A stretch of 64,000 nucleotides of DNA from Terrimicrobiaceae bacterium (GCA_041752695.1 JBGSVZ010000047.1:32001-96000); one strand, 5' to 3'; shown: positions 18,139-28,667, counted from the stretch's first letter. Notes: generated by a model not told the origin, from the sequence alone. Program-made: numbers and translations.

Positions 18139-20658
18139 ATGGCTACAGCGAGCGACGACTCTCAGACGGAACGGTACCAAGTCAAAAAACATCTTGGGTC
18201 GGGCGGAAGCGGGGACGCTTATCTGGCCTGGGATGCCAGCCTGCGCCGGGAAATTGTCATCAAGCGGGTCCGCGCCGGGGAGAATGACGGCAATGTAAGC
18301 CGCGAAATCATGGAGGAAGCGGCGCGGATGGCCGCCATCAAACATCCCAATATCGTTTCGATCTACGATATTTCCCTAATTGATGGCGCGCCCTGCATCG
18401 TCATGGAGTATGTCCACGGACAGACCCTGGACGAGCGAGTTCATGCCCACGGGGCGTTTTCGACGGAGGGATTTGTGGAACTGGCCCGGCAAACTCTGGA
18501 CGCGCTAACGGCGGCGCATCAGGCAAACCTGATTCACCGCGACCTCAAGCCTTCCAATGTGATGATCGTGGACCTGCCCAGCGGCGTGTTCCAAGCCAAG
18601 GTGGTGGATTTTGGGCTGGCAAAGTTTATGAACGCGGACGCCCCGTCCTCGCAGACCGTGTCCATCGACGGCTCCATTCGCGGCTCGGTGCATTATATTT
18701 CGCCGGAGCAACTCAATCATGATGTCGTCGATGCGCGGAGCGATCTGTATTCGCTGGGTTGTACGCTTTACCTGGCTCTGACCAGCATCGAGCCCTTCGC
18801 GGGGGAATCGGTGGCGGGAATCATCACCGCGCATCTCACGCACCGGGTGCTTTCGCCCACGGAGGTGCGTCCGACCGTGCCTCCGGTGGTGAGCGAATGG
18901 CTGATGAAACTGATGAGCCGCCAGCCGTCCGACCGGTTTCAGACCGCGCTGGAAGCCATGGAGGCCTTGGAGGCGGTGGTTGTCGTGGCGGGCGTTTCCT
19001 CCGCCACGCGCTCGATCCGGGTGGACCGCCGCTCGGTGGCGATGAAATCGGCGGAGGGGAAAAAATCCGGAATGGTCTGGGGGGTGGCTGCCGTGGCCGC
19101 GCTCGCCCTCCTTGTGCTGGGACTGATTTTTCTCGCGCCCAATTTTCTGCGGAAGGCCGAACCCACGGTGGCCCCCGCTTTGGCTTCCCGGACCAACGAA
19201 TCGGTCAAAGAGCCCGCTCCTGCGGAGATCCTTGTCCCTGCCCAGGCCGAGGTCAATGCGCCCCCGGCTCCCACTCCCGCGGCCGCCTTGCCCGTGACAA
19301 CTCCCGCAGTGGCCGCTTCCGCCTCGGTGGCGGCGGTCCCACCGCCGGTTCCTCCGTCCACCCTGGAAACCGCCGAGGTCTTTCTGAAGGTGGCCGGGTC
19401 AAACACCATTGGGGCCAAACTGATGCCAAAACTCGTCGAGGGTTTCCTCTCTCGCATGAAAATGACCGGGCTGGAGAACGAAAAAATTCAAGCGGAGGAA
19501 ACCGAAATCCGGTTCAGTGCCCCGCTGGAGAGTGGACGCAAGGCCGTGGCGATCAAAGCGCACGGCTCGTCAACCTCCTTCAAGGAGCTTTTGGCCGGGA
19601 CCTGCGACATTGGAATGTCGTCGCGTCCGGTCAAGGACGAGGAAGTGGTGGGTATGGCCGGTCTTGGCAACATGCGATCCTCTGCCTGCGAGCATGTGGT
19701 GGGGCTGGACGGGCTGGCGGTGATCGTCAACCGGTCCAATCCTATCACCCAGCTGACCGTCCAGCAGGTTGCCGCGATTTTCTCGGGGGAGATCACCGAC
19801 TGGTCGGAAGTGGGAGGCGCGCCCGGACCGATCACCCGCTATGCCCGTGATGACAAATCCGGCACCTACGACAGCTTTAAATCCATGGTTCTGGATAAAA
19901 AACCTCTTCATCCCGAGGCGCAACGCTTTGAGGACTCCAATGCCCTTTCCGACTCCGTGGCAGCGGATGCGGCGGGCATCGGGTTCATCGGTCTGCCGTA
20001 CGTTCGCAGTTCTAAAGCCCTGGCACTTTCCGACGCCGGCACGGCCCCGATGTTGCCCTCGCCATTCACGGTTGCCACGGAGGATTATGTCCTGTCCCGC
20101 CGCCTCTTCCTCTACACCCCTGCCGTTCCTGAGCACCCCTGGACCGCAAACTTTGTCGAATTTGTGCTTTCCGACGAAGGACAGGAAATTGTGGAGAAGG
20201 TGGGATTCATTCCGCAGAGGATATCGGTGGAGACCATTGTCGCGTCTGAGGATATGCCGGAAAAATACCGCTCTTTGATTGACCAGGCGGCGGGACGTCT
20301 CAGTCTGACCTTCCGGTTCCAACCCAACAAAAAGGAACTCGACGCCAAGGCGGTTCGCGATTTTGACCGCGTGCTTCAATTCCTGACCAAACCGGAAAAC
20401 CGCCATCGAAAAGTGTATCTCCTGGGATTCTCCGACCGCTCGGGCGCGGCTTCGGCCAACCTCAAGCTTTCCAAGGAACGGGCGGAAGAGGTGGAGCGCC
20501 AGTTGACGATGCGCGGAGTTCCGGTGGCGGCCAGTCTCGCCATGGGAAGTGAAATGCCCGTTGCCACCAACGAGACCCCGGCCGGCCGGGACAAAAACCG
20601 TCGCGTGGAAATCTGGGTGCAAAATCCGCCAGCGGTCTCTTTGAACGCGGGGCGGTAG
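18139..20658 (+). CDS. Membrane Ser/Thr kinase fused to a PstS-like phosphate-binding domain and an OmpA-like domain
   Basis: GSGGSG, IVIK, HRDLKPSN, DFG and SPE kinase motifs; TM helix; Pro/Ala linker; GSNT...RDDKSGT PBP motifs; GRDKNRRVEI OmpA motif. Confidence 0.9.
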   Translation: MATASDDSQTERYQVKKHLGSGGSGDAYLAWDASLRREIVIKRVRAGENDGNVSREIMEEAARMAAIKHPNIVSIYDISLIDGAPCIVMEYVHGQTLDERVHAHGAFSTEGFVELARQTLDALTAAHQANLIHRDLKPSNVMIVDLPSGVFQAKVVDFGLAKFMNADAPSSQTVSIDGSIRGSVHYISPEQLNHDVVDARSDLYSLGCTLYLALTSIEPFAGESVAGIITAHLTHRVLSPTEVRPTVPPVVSEWLMKLMSRQPSDRFQTALEAMEALEAVVVVAGVSSATRSIRVDRRSVAMKSAEGKKSGMVWGVAAVAALALLVLGLIFLAPNFLRKAEPTVAPALASRTNESVKEPAPAEILVPAQAEVNAPPAPTPAAALPVTTPAVAASASVAAVPPPVPPSTLETAEVFLKVAGSNTIGAKLMPKLVEGFLSRMKMTGLENEKIQAEETEIRFSAPLESGRKAVAIKAHGSSTSFKELLAGTCDIGMSSRPVKDEEVVGMAGLGNMRSSACEHVVGLDGLAVIVNRSNPITQLTVQQVAAIFSGEITDWSEVGGAPGPITRYARDDKSGTYDSFKSMVLDKKPLHPEAQRFEDSNALSDSVAADAAGIGFIGLPYVRSSKALALSDAGTAPMLPSPFTVATEDYVLSRRLFLYTPAVPEHPWTANFVEFVLSDEGQEIVEKVGFIPQRISVETIVASEDMPEKYRSLIDQAAGRLSLTFRFQPNKKELDAKAVRDFDRVLQFLTKPENRHRKVYLLGFSDRSGAASANLKLSKERAEEVERQLTMRGVPVAASLAMGSEMPVATNETPAGRDKNRRVEIWVQNPPAVSLNAGR

Positions 20659-20711
20659 GGAATGGCACCGCGCGTGGTGACGCGAATGGAAGTTCGGCGA
20701 ATTCCCAGCGG

Positions 20712-20739
20712 TCAATTGTGACAAAATTGTCGCAATTGA
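20712..20739. promoter_or_regulatory. Pho-box-like repeat within a near-perfect palindrome
   Basis: TCAATTGTGACAAAATTGTCGCAATTGA contains GTGAC-N6-GTCGC. Confidence 0.55.
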
Positions 20740-20803
20740 TGCCGCGCCTTCGCTGCCCAATTCCCCTTTTTTAGAAATTGGGCGCGGCAAACGCCCGTTT
20801 TGT

Positions 20804-21256
20804 ATGGCTGCCAGATTTGTTTTTTTCGTTTCCGTGATGAGGGTCGTTGCCCCGGTTTTTATCGCCTGCACCCTTCTTGCCAGTCCCGCGGTCGCGCAAA
20901 CCACCCGCACGGATTTGCTTTTTGCCCTCAATACGGCGGTAAAGGAACGCGACCGTGAGGGGATTCTGGCCTGTTTTAACTTCGACAAAGCCGACGAGAG
21001 CATGCGGCGGACGATCGAAAATGCGGTCAACCAAATCTGCCGGTGGCCGACGAGTCATGTTTTTGCGACCGACCGGTCCGGCGACGGCCCGCTGCGCACC
21101 AACCGGGACGGCAAGGTGTTCGGGCTGAACGGCGAATGGCAGTTTCAGGTGCACATTTTCCTCAAGAAAGAACAGCCGAGCAAGGGGTTCGTTTTTCCTG
21201 CCGGGCGAGCGGGTATTCGGATGGCCATTCTGCTTCTGGTCGAACAACCCCGGTAA
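20804..21256 (+). CDS. Hypothetical exported protein
   Basis: Signal peptide ending AVA-Q; the start may be 20837. Confidence 0.65.
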   Translation: MAARFVFFVSVMRVVAPVFIACTLLASPAVAQTTRTDLLFALNTAVKERDREGILACFNFDKADESMRRTIENAVNQICRWPTSHVFATDRSGDGPLRTNRDGKVFGLNGEWQFQVHIFLKKEQPSKGFVFPAGRAGIRMAILLLVEQPR

Positions 21257-21272
21257 ACACCTGGGGCCAATT

Positions 21273-21288
21273 GTTACGAAAGCGTAAC
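21273..21288 (+). promoter_or_regulatory. Pho-box-like direct repeat upstream of the secretion operon
   Basis: GTTAC-GAAAGC-GTAAC, about 50 bp before the ShlB-like gene. Confidence 0.55.
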
Positions 21289-21338
21289 CGGGCACCAATT
21301 GACCCACCTTTCCCAAGCACGATACCGCTAGTGATTCG

Positions 21339-23012
21339 ATGAACCATCCTTGTCCACTCCCGCTGCCTCTTCGGCGAACGGCTCCAGCCGGCTTCGCGAA
21401 GCTGTATCGTGCGGGAATGGCAAGCGCGTGCATCGTTCTTGTCGGAGAGGCGTTCGCCGCCCTCCCTCAGATCGAACTTCCTCCGGAAACCCTGCCGATC
21501 ATCACCGTTCAGCCGCCTCCCGGGGAGGAGACGCTTTACATCCGGGAATACCGGGTGGTCGGAACCAAAACCCTGCCTCGCCCCGAGGTGGAGACTGCGG
21601 TCTATTCCTGGCTTGGGCCGGGCCGCACCGCCGCCGATGTCGAAGGGGCCCGTGCGGCGCTGGAAAAGGCCTACCACGACAAGGGCTTTCAGACGGTCTC
21701 GGTGAGCATCCCCCAGCAGCGCCCGACCCGCGGCATCATCGTGCTCAAGGTCACGGAGGCTCCGGTGGGCCGCCTGAGAGTCAACGGCTCCCGCTATTAC
21801 GATATCGAACAGATCAAACGGCGCGCCCCGTCGCTGGCCGAGGGTGGCATTCCGAATTTTAACGCGGTCCAGCGGGAGATCATCGCGTTGAATCAGTCGG
21901 CCGACCTCCGCGTCACGCCTTCGGTCAAACCCGGGGTCACGCCGGGGACCGTGGATGTGGAACTGACGGTCAAGGACGTCCTGCCGCTGCACGGGAGCGT
22001 CGAACTGAACAACCGCTACTCTCCCAACACCACACAGCTGCGGATGAATATTGACGTCCGCTATTCCAATCTCTGGCAATGGGGCCACACCATCGGCGTC
22101 GGGTTCCAAATCGCCCCGCAGCGACCGGAGGATGCGTTGGTCTATTCCGCCTTCTACATTGCACCGATTCCGGGCGTGGAATGGCTGAGCGTGCTCGCCC
22201 AGGCCATCCGGCAGAACAGTGACGTGTCTACTCTGGGCGGATCCGCGGTGGCGGGTAATGGCGAGATCTATGGCGGCCGTCTGTTGATGACGCTTCCGGG
22301 TCGGGAGCGGTTTTTCCACACGCTGAGTGCCGGGATCGACTACAAACATTTCGATCAAGATCTCGCGCTCGGTGATCAATTCATCACGTCTCCGGTCACC
22401 TACTATCCGATTTCCCTCACCTACAATGCCGTGCTGGCCGGCAAAGGAACCGAGACCGCCCTGACCGCCGGCATGGTCTTCAGCTTCATGGGGCTGGGCA
22501 GCGATGAATTCGACTTTGCGAACCGTCGCTACAATGCCGACCCGAACTTTTTCTACTTCCGCGGGAATTTCGCCCATCAGCACGACCTGCCTCTCGGGTT
22601 TCAAATCTTCGGCCAGCTGCAGGGCCAGGCCACCGGGCAGCCGCTGGTGGATAGCGAGCAATTTTCCCTCGGCGGCCTCACCACGGTTCGCGGTTATCTC
22701 GAATCGGTCGTGCTGGGCGACAGCGCGGTGGCCGGCACGGTGGAATTGCGCTCGCCCTCGGTATTGGGCTGGCTGCCGGAAGGGAACGAGGCGCGGGCCT
22801 TTGTCTTTCTCGATGCGGGGACGGCCTGGATCAACGATCCGCTGCCGGAGCAGGTTTCGCAACTCAGCCTCTGGAGCTTTGGCGTGGGCGGCACGGTCAA
22901 GCTCGTCAACCACTTTAATGCCTCCGTCGTACTCGGCATTCCCATGATCACCCAGGAACCCAACGCGGCGGGGGATCCGCTCTTCACCTTCCGCCTCTGG
23001 GGAGAACTCTAA
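21339..23012 (+). CDS. ShlB/FhaC/HecB family two-partner secretion outer-membrane transporter (TpsB)
   Basis: POTRA (LEKAYHDKGF...V.IPQQ), FSLGGLTTVRGY motif and a beta-barrel C-terminus. Confidence 0.92.
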   Translation: MNHPCPLPLPLRRTAPAGFAKLYRAGMASACIVLVGEAFAALPQIELPPETLPIITVQPPPGEETLYIREYRVVGTKTLPRPEVETAVYSWLGPGRTAADVEGARAALEKAYHDKGFQTVSVSIPQQRPTRGIIVLKVTEAPVGRLRVNGSRYYDIEQIKRRAPSLAEGGIPNFNAVQREIIALNQSADLRVTPSVKPGVTPGTVDVELTVKDVLPLHGSVELNNRYSPNTTQLRMNIDVRYSNLWQWGHTIGVGFQIAPQRPEDALVYSAFYIAPIPGVEWLSVLAQAIRQNSDVSTLGGSAVAGNGEIYGGRLLMTLPGRERFFHTLSAGIDYKHFDQDLALGDQFITSPVTYYPISLTYNAVLAGKGTETALTAGMVFSFMGLGSDEFDFANRRYNADPNFFYFRGNFAHQHDLPLGFQIFGQLQGQATGQPLVDSEQFSLGGLTTVRGYLESVVLGDSAVAGTVELRSPSVLGWLPEGNEARAFVFLDAGTAWINDPLPEQVSQLSLWSFGVGGTVKLVNHFNASVVLGIPMITQEPNAAGDPLFTFRLWGEL

Positions 23013-23017
23013 GTTTT

Positions 23018-24949
23018 ATGTGTCATTCGAAATATTATTCTCCGGTTCGCGCGGCGTTGCTCTGCTCGTTTCTTCTGTTCTCGCTGACAGGAGTGCGGGC
23101 GGAGGAATCCTGGTGGAACAAAGAATGGGGCGCGAGGAAGCCGTTCACGGTGGACGCCACTGCGCAAGGGGGCGCGATCACCGAGCCCATCGGAACGTCT
23201 GTGGTTCTGCTGCGGCTGCACCAGGGCAACTTCAATTTTGCCGCCTCCCGGGAGGACGGCAGCGACATTCGCTTCGTCGCGGCGGACGACAAGACGTTGC
23301 TTCCGTTCCAGATTGAAAAATACGATTCCCTGATGAACGAGGCCTTCATCTGGGTGCAAGTGCCCGACATCAAGCCCGGTGAAGCAACCAAGTTTTTCCT
23401 CTATTTTAGCAACCCCGAGGGAACCGGCGAACTTGCCGACGCCAAGACGACTTATGATCCTGAGACGGCTCTGGTATATCGTTTCGCCGAAAAAGGCTCC
23501 GCTCCTTCCGATGCCACCAAAAACGGCAACGCGGCGGACAAAGCCGGAACGCCCTCCGAGGGTTCGATGATTGGCACGGGTCTGCGCCTGCTCGGCCAGG
23601 GCCCGATTACGATCCCGGCTTCGGAATCGATGAACTTCGCCGCGGGCGATCCTTTCACGCTTTCCGCCTGGGTCAAAACCACCGCCCTCCGGCCCAACGC
23701 GGCGCTGTTCACCCGAGAGGAAGGCCTGGTCATTGGATTGGACGAAGGCAAACCGTATGTCGATATCTCTGGCAAGAGGACTCCGGCGGGCGAAGCCATC
23801 GCGGCTGATGTCTGGAAACACCTCGCTGTCGTCTCCGCGGAGGGCAAAACGACCGTCTATCTTGATGGCGAAGTTTACGGTTCTGTCGATGCCAGCCTGC
23901 CCGAACTCAAGGGCGCTTCCATTCTGGGTGGGGACAGCACCGCTTTTGTCGGCGAAATTGATCAGCTGGAAATCTCCAAAGCCGCGCGCGGGGCGGGATT
24001 TCTAAAGCTGGCCGCCGTCAGTCAGTCTGGCACCGAAAAAGCCGGCAAGCTCCTGGTCGCCGGCGAGGCCGAGGGGAGCGAAGGCGGCGGGGGTGGGCAC
24101 AGCGGCGCGCTCGAGCACGTCATGCTTTTCGGCGACATTGCCAAAAACATGATGTTCGACGGATGGATCGCGGTGGCCGTCTGCGTTGTCATGCTCTTCG
24201 CGGCAGGTTTCGTCGCGGTGCAAAAATGGATCAATCTGGGCAAGATCGAGAAGGGCAACAAGGAGTTCCAAAAACACTGGAGAAATGTTGCTTCGGATCT
24301 CACGTCAATGGATCTCGACGATCCGGAAGCGGCCAAGTCACTGGGCGGAAAGCTTGGGAAAAAAACCATTAAGCTCCTCTCCGACGCCCCGCTTTATTAC
24401 ATTTATCATGTCGGTTCGGAGGAAATCCGCCATCGTCTGGGCAAGGGCAAAAACAAAGGCCAGGGGCTGTCCGCCCGCTCCATCCAAGCCATTCGCGCGG
24501 CGCTCGATGCAGCGCTGGTTCACGAACATCACCGCCTCAACAAAAACATCGTTTATCTGACCGTTAGTATCGCTGGCGGACCCTATGTCGGTCTCCTTGG
24601 AACGGTGGTGGGCGTTATGATTACGTTTGCCGTCATCGCCAAATCCGGCGAGGTCGAGGTGAACTCAATTGCCCCCGGTATCGCCAGCGCCCTCCTGGCC
24701 ACGACCGTTGGTCTCCTTGTCGCGATTCCTGCGCTCTTTGCCTACAGTTTCCTCAATACCCGCATCAAATCGGTCATCGGAGAAATGCAGGTCTTTATCG
24801 ATGAGTTCGTCGCTAAGATTGCCGAGTTTTATCCGCCTCCTGGTGAAGGCGGTCTGCCGGTTCCGATCCGCCAGATCCGCTCGCCCGAGGAAGCCGCCCG
24901 CAACGAAGAGGCTCTGCGCGGCCAGGACTCACCAAACGCCGCCAAATAG
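23018..24949 (+). CDS. DUF2341-LamG-MotA/TolQ/ExbB fusion protein
   Basis: DGSDIRF (DUF2341), WKHLAVV...GEIDQL (LamG) and GPYVGLLGTVVG...IAPGIASALLAT (ExbB). Confidence 0.9.
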   Translation: MCHSKYYSPVRAALLCSFLLFSLTGVRAEESWWNKEWGARKPFTVDATAQGGAITEPIGTSVVLLRLHQGNFNFAASREDGSDIRFVAADDKTLLPFQIEKYDSLMNEAFIWVQVPDIKPGEATKFFLYFSNPEGTGELADAKTTYDPETALVYRFAEKGSAPSDATKNGNAADKAGTPSEGSMIGTGLRLLGQGPITIPASESMNFAAGDPFTLSAWVKTTALRPNAALFTREEGLVIGLDEGKPYVDISGKRTPAGEAIAADVWKHLAVVSAEGKTTVYLDGEVYGSVDASLPELKGASILGGDSTAFVGEIDQLEISKAARGAGFLKLAAVSQSGTEKAGKLLVAGEAEGSEGGGGGHSGALEHVMLFGDIAKNMMFDGWIAVAVCVVMLFAAGFVAVQKWINLGKIEKGNKEFQKHWRNVASDLTSMDLDDPEAAKSLGGKLGKKTIKLLSDAPLYYIYHVGSEEIRHRLGKGKNKGQGLSARSIQAIRAALDAALVHEHHRLNKNIVYLTVSIAGGPYVGLLGTVVGVMITFAVIAKSGEVEVNSIAPGIASALLATTVGLLVAIPALFAYSFLNTRIKSVIGEMQVFIDEFVAKIAEFYPPPGEGGLPVPIRQIRSPEEAARNEEALRGQDSPNAAK

Positions 24950-24952
24950 GTC

Positions 24953-25354
24953 ATGGACGCCGGGGACGACAAATCTTTCGACGATATCAACGTCACGCCG
25001 ATGGTGGATCTCTACCTCGTCCTCCTCCTGATTTTTATTATCATGACCACAGCCGGCGTGCAGGGAACGAAGGTGGACCTTCCGAAAGCGAGCAAACAGC
25101 CCGCGATTGAAGGCCCCAAAAGTCGCGCCATCACGGTGAATAACGAGGGCAAAATTTTCCTCGATACCGTGCCGGTGACTCTTGAGGTGCTGGAGCAACG
25201 GCTCACCGAACAGAAGAACAAGACGCCCGAATTTCCCGTGGTGGTGCGTGGCGACAGCGCGGCCCAATACCAGGGTGTGATGGACGTGCTGAACGTCGTC
25301 GGACGCGTGGGCATTACGAAGATCGGCCTCGCCACCCAGGCGCCCAAAAAATAA
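24953..25354 (+). CDS. exbD: Biopolymer transporter ExbD
   Basis: DINVTPMVD TM motif and VVVRGD. Confidence 0.92.
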   Translation: MDAGDDKSFDDINVTPMVDLYLVLLLIFIIMTTAGVQGTKVDLPKASKQPAIEGPKSRAITVNNEGKIFLDTVPVTLEVLEQRLTEQKNKTPEFPVVVRGDSAAQYQGVMDVLNVVGRVGITKIGLATQAPKK

Positions 25355-26065
25355 GTGATGGACGAGTCTGACGAGGAGCCTGGATTCTTCAAGCGTCACC
25401 GCGTGACGCTGATTGTTGCTGTTGTTGTCCTGATTGGCGGCGGGGTCTTCTACGCCATGCAGCAGCCCAAGCCGAAGAAGCGGCAGAGCGTGAGCATGGT
25501 CGATATCATGCCGGCGATGCCCCCGCCTCCGCCCACTCCGCCTCCGACGCCTCCGCCTACTCCTCCTCCCCAGGAGAACGAGCCGGAACCTGAGCAGAAG
25601 GAAGACTTCCAAGAAGAAAAACAGCCCGATGCCGCCCCGCCGCCCGAAGCCCCGCCCGAACCGGCGGCCGCCCCCATGGGCACCGATCTGGAAGGGGAGG
25701 GCGGACCGGACTTTGGCTTGGCCAAGGGTGGCGGCAGTGGCATGATCGGCGGCACAGGCACCGGCTCCGGGGCCGGCAGCGGCCGCACTAAATTTGGTTG
25801 GTACGCCGGCCAGGTGCAATCCAGCGTCGTGCGCGCTCTTCAATCCCACAAGCGCACCCGCTCCGCCAGTCTTGCCGTGAAAGTGCGCATCTGGGTGGAC
25901 AGTTCCGGCCGGGTGACCAAAGCGACTCTCGCCGGTTCCAGCGGCGATCCGGCTGTGGACCGCGCCATCCAGAGCGAAGTGCTCAATGGTCTTCAACTTC
26001 AGGAACCCCCGCCTGCAGACATGCCCATGCCCATCGTAATGCGCATCACCGCGAAGCGTCCCTGA
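25355..26065 (+). CDS. TonB-family energy transducer
   Basis: N-terminal TM, poly-Pro linker and C-terminal IWVDSSGRV...SSGDPAVD domain. Confidence 0.85.
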   Translation: MMDESDEEPGFFKRHRVTLIVAVVVLIGGGVFYAMQQPKPKKRQSVSMVDIMPAMPPPPPTPPPTPPPTPPPQENEPEPEQKEDFQEEKQPDAAPPPEAPPEPAAAPMGTDLEGEGGPDFGLAKGGGSGMIGGTGTGSGAGSGRTKFGWYAGQVQSSVVRALQSHKRTRSASLAVKVRIWVDSSGRVTKATLAGSSGDPAVDRAIQSEVLNGLQLQEPPPADMPMPIVMRITAKRP

Positions 26066-26078
26066 CATTTTTGTAACT

Positions 26079-28667
26079 ATGCGAACCCATTTTACCCGCC
26101 ACCGCCGATCCGCTGCCCAGTGCGTTTCTTTTTTCGCATTAGGCGCTTTGGCCACGGGCTTCCAAACCAAGGCTTTGGCCCAGGAAAATCCCCCGGCCTC
26201 GTCGCCCTATCTCACCCAGGCGGGCGGAAAGAACCGGATCTCTTTTGACTACAGCGAGCCCAGCGCCACGCCGGTTCCCGTCGTCAAACCATCCGCCACT
26301 CCCGTGCCCTCCCCGGTCAAGCTGATCCCGTTGCCAACCCCGACCCCTGCTCCCACTGTGGCGGAAATGGTTCCCACTCCTGCGCCGACCCCCACGCCAA
26401 CGCCTGAGGCAACCCCGGCCGTGGCGGAGACCGTTCCTTCGCCCACTCCCGAGCCCGTGGCGACGCCAGAGCCTACTCCAACGCCGACACCGGAACCTGT
26501 TGGGACGCCGTTCCCGACTCCCGTTCCCGTGGCGGCCGCCACCCCTGCCTCCTGGCCCACAGATCCCCTGGCCGGCCCGTCGCCTTCCTTGCGCCCTGCC
26601 ACTTCGCCGGTCCCGACCATGGTGGATTCCGCGTCGCCTCCTCCCGAACCGGAGCCCGTCGCAACGCCCCGCGCTGCCGTCCAGGCCGCCTCGACTCCCG
26701 AGGGCCCCATGCCGGTGGCCGATGCCAAGCCCAGCCCAACTCCCAGCCAGACCACGCCTCCCGCTCCCGCGGTGGTCGAGGAAACCCAGTCCACCCAGGT
26801 TGATATCGTCGCCGGGGCGGAAAACACCACCATCTCGACCGAGCCGCCCCTTGGCGGTTTGGAGACGCGTAAACCCATGACCGCTTCCGAAAGCGTGACG
26901 ATCAATCTGATCAGCAAACTGGTTGACCGCGGCATTCTGACCAAGGAAGACGCCAAGGAGATGATCGCGCAGGCCGAGGTGGAAGCCGAGACGGCCCGCG
27001 CCCAGACCCAAGCCGACATGTTTGCCCTGGCGATGACGGCGGCGTCCCAGGCCGCGGCCGACCAGATCGCCCTGGCACAGGCTAATGCCCCGGGCGGCGC
27101 CGACGACGTGCGTGTCACCTACATTCCCGAGCCAGTCAAAACCCAGATCAAGGAAGACATCAAAATGGAGCTGATCAGCGAGTCCCGCCGCAATGGGTAC
27201 GCTTTGGCTCCCCAGCTTCCCATGCCGGCCTGGGTTTCCCGCGTCCGTCCGATGCTCGACTTCCGCTTCCGTTACGAGGGAGACTTTTTCCCGGAAGGCA
27301 ACGACGCGACGGGGGCATTTCCCAATTTCAACGCCATCAATACCGGCGCACCATTTGACGTGACCGGCAACCAGTTCGCGCCGCAATACAATGTCGATCA
27401 GGACCGCAATCGTTTCCGCGTGAGGGTGCGTTTCGGTGCCGAACTCGATATGGGTGAAAATCTCACTGCCGGTGTGCGGGTCGCCACGGGCGAAAACAAC
27501 TCCCCCGTTTCCACCAACCAGACCGTGGGACTCGCCAATCAGGGCCAGGGCGGCAATTTCAGCCGCTACGCCATCTGGCTCGACCGCGCCTTCCTCCGCT
27601 ACGACCTCGGACCCCGTCCGTGGCTGAAACAGGAGTTGGAAACCAGCGGAAAGAAAGTGGTCGGCCCGGTGCGCGAACGCTCCCGGCCCACCGACTGGGG
27701 CGTGTCCCTCTGGGTCGGGCGTTTCGACAATCCCTTTTTCGGCACCAGCCTGATTTGGGATGACGACCTGGGCTTTGACGGTCTGGCGATGCAGGCCCAC
27801 TACGAAGTCCTGGACGGCGTGACTCCGTTCCTCACGGCCGGTGTCTTCCCCGTTTACAATACCGACTTCAACTACTCGTCCAACCAGCCCGCCAAATTCG
27901 CGAGCTATGACAAATACCTGATGGGCGGCCAGATCGGCATCGACATCGAGGCGGTCAAGGACTGGCGTCTGAAAGTTGCGGCGGCCTATTATTATTTCCA
28001 CAACATCGAAGGCAAACTCTCAACTCCCTATTCGCCGCAAAGTGCCAATGACGCGAGCGACACGGACAACAGCCGCCCGTCGTTTGCGCAAAAAGGCAAT
28101 ACCTACTTCCCCATCCGCCAGATCATTCCGGACGCGAGCAATCAGTTCGGCGCGATCAACCAGTGGCAGTATTACGGACTGGCCACCGAGTTCCAGGAAA
28201 TCGCCTTCACCGCACGGCTTGACTACAACGGTTTTGAGCCGGTTCAGGTCTCCCTCATTGGCGAATACGTGCAGAACCTGAAATTTAACCAGTCGGACAT
28301 CGACCTCATCGCCGTGAACAATCGCGGCGCACTGGACGACACTCTGGCCAACGACATCGGGTCCTTCGACGGCAGCGGTTCGGGATGGTACATCGAACTG
28401 CGCGTGGGAACCCCGGCCTTCAAGAAAGCGTGGGACTGGCGTCTTCTCGCCAACTATCGCTGGATCGGTTCGGACGCCACCGTGGATGCCTTCAACGATT
28501 CCGACTTCGGTCTGGGCGGCACCAATATGAAGGGCTTCACCGTTGGCGGGGCCGTGGCCTTTTCGCCCCACCTTTGGATGAGCCTGCGTTGGATGGGGGC
28601 GGAGAGCCTCGCCGGTCCGCAGTTTAAATCCAACATCATCCAGTGGGACCTTCACTCCGAATTCTAA
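26079..28667 (+). CDS. Putative outer-membrane porin with a long Pro/Thr-rich N-terminal extension
   Basis: Signal peptide, (PT/PE)n tract, NLISKLVDRGILT helical domain, RFRVRVRFG...DSDFGLGGTN barrel and terminal Phe. Confidence 0.85.
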   Translation: MRTHFTRHRRSAAQCVSFFALGALATGFQTKALAQENPPASSPYLTQAGGKNRISFDYSEPSATPVPVVKPSATPVPSPVKLIPLPTPTPAPTVAEMVPTPAPTPTPTPEATPAVAETVPSPTPEPVATPEPTPTPTPEPVGTPFPTPVPVAAATPASWPTDPLAGPSPSLRPATSPVPTMVDSASPPPEPEPVATPRAAVQAASTPEGPMPVADAKPSPTPSQTTPPAPAVVEETQSTQVDIVAGAENTTISTEPPLGGLETRKPMTASESVTINLISKLVDRGILTKEDAKEMIAQAEVEAETARAQTQADMFALAMTAASQAAADQIALAQANAPGGADDVRVTYIPEPVKTQIKEDIKMELISESRRNGYALAPQLPMPAWVSRVRPMLDFRFRYEGDFFPEGNDATGAFPNFNAINTGAPFDVTGNQFAPQYNVDQDRNRFRVRVRFGAELDMGENLTAGVRVATGENNSPVSTNQTVGLANQGQGGNFSRYAIWLDRAFLRYDLGPRPWLKQELETSGKKVVGPVRERSRPTDWGVSLWVGRFDNPFFGTSLIWDDDLGFDGLAMQAHYEVLDGVTPFLTAGVFPVYNTDFNYSSNQPAKFASYDKYLMGGQIGIDIEAVKDWRLKVAAAYYYFHNIEGKLSTPYSPQSANDASDTDNSRPSFAQKGNTYFPIRQIIPDASNQFGAINQWQYYGLATEFQEIAFTARLDYNGFEPVQVSLIGEYVQNLKFNQSDIDLIAVNNRGALDDTLANDIGSFDGSGSGWYIELRVGTPAFKKAWDWRLLANYRWIGSDATVDAFNDSDFGLGGTNMKGFTVGGAVAFSPHLWMSLRWMGAESLAGPQFKSNIIQWDLHSEF

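Noticed and set aside
26062..26077. Pho-box-like site as an independent promoter
   Set aside because: It overlaps a stop codon and ends 1 bp before the next start, with a degenerate first half-site. Kept only as weak support.
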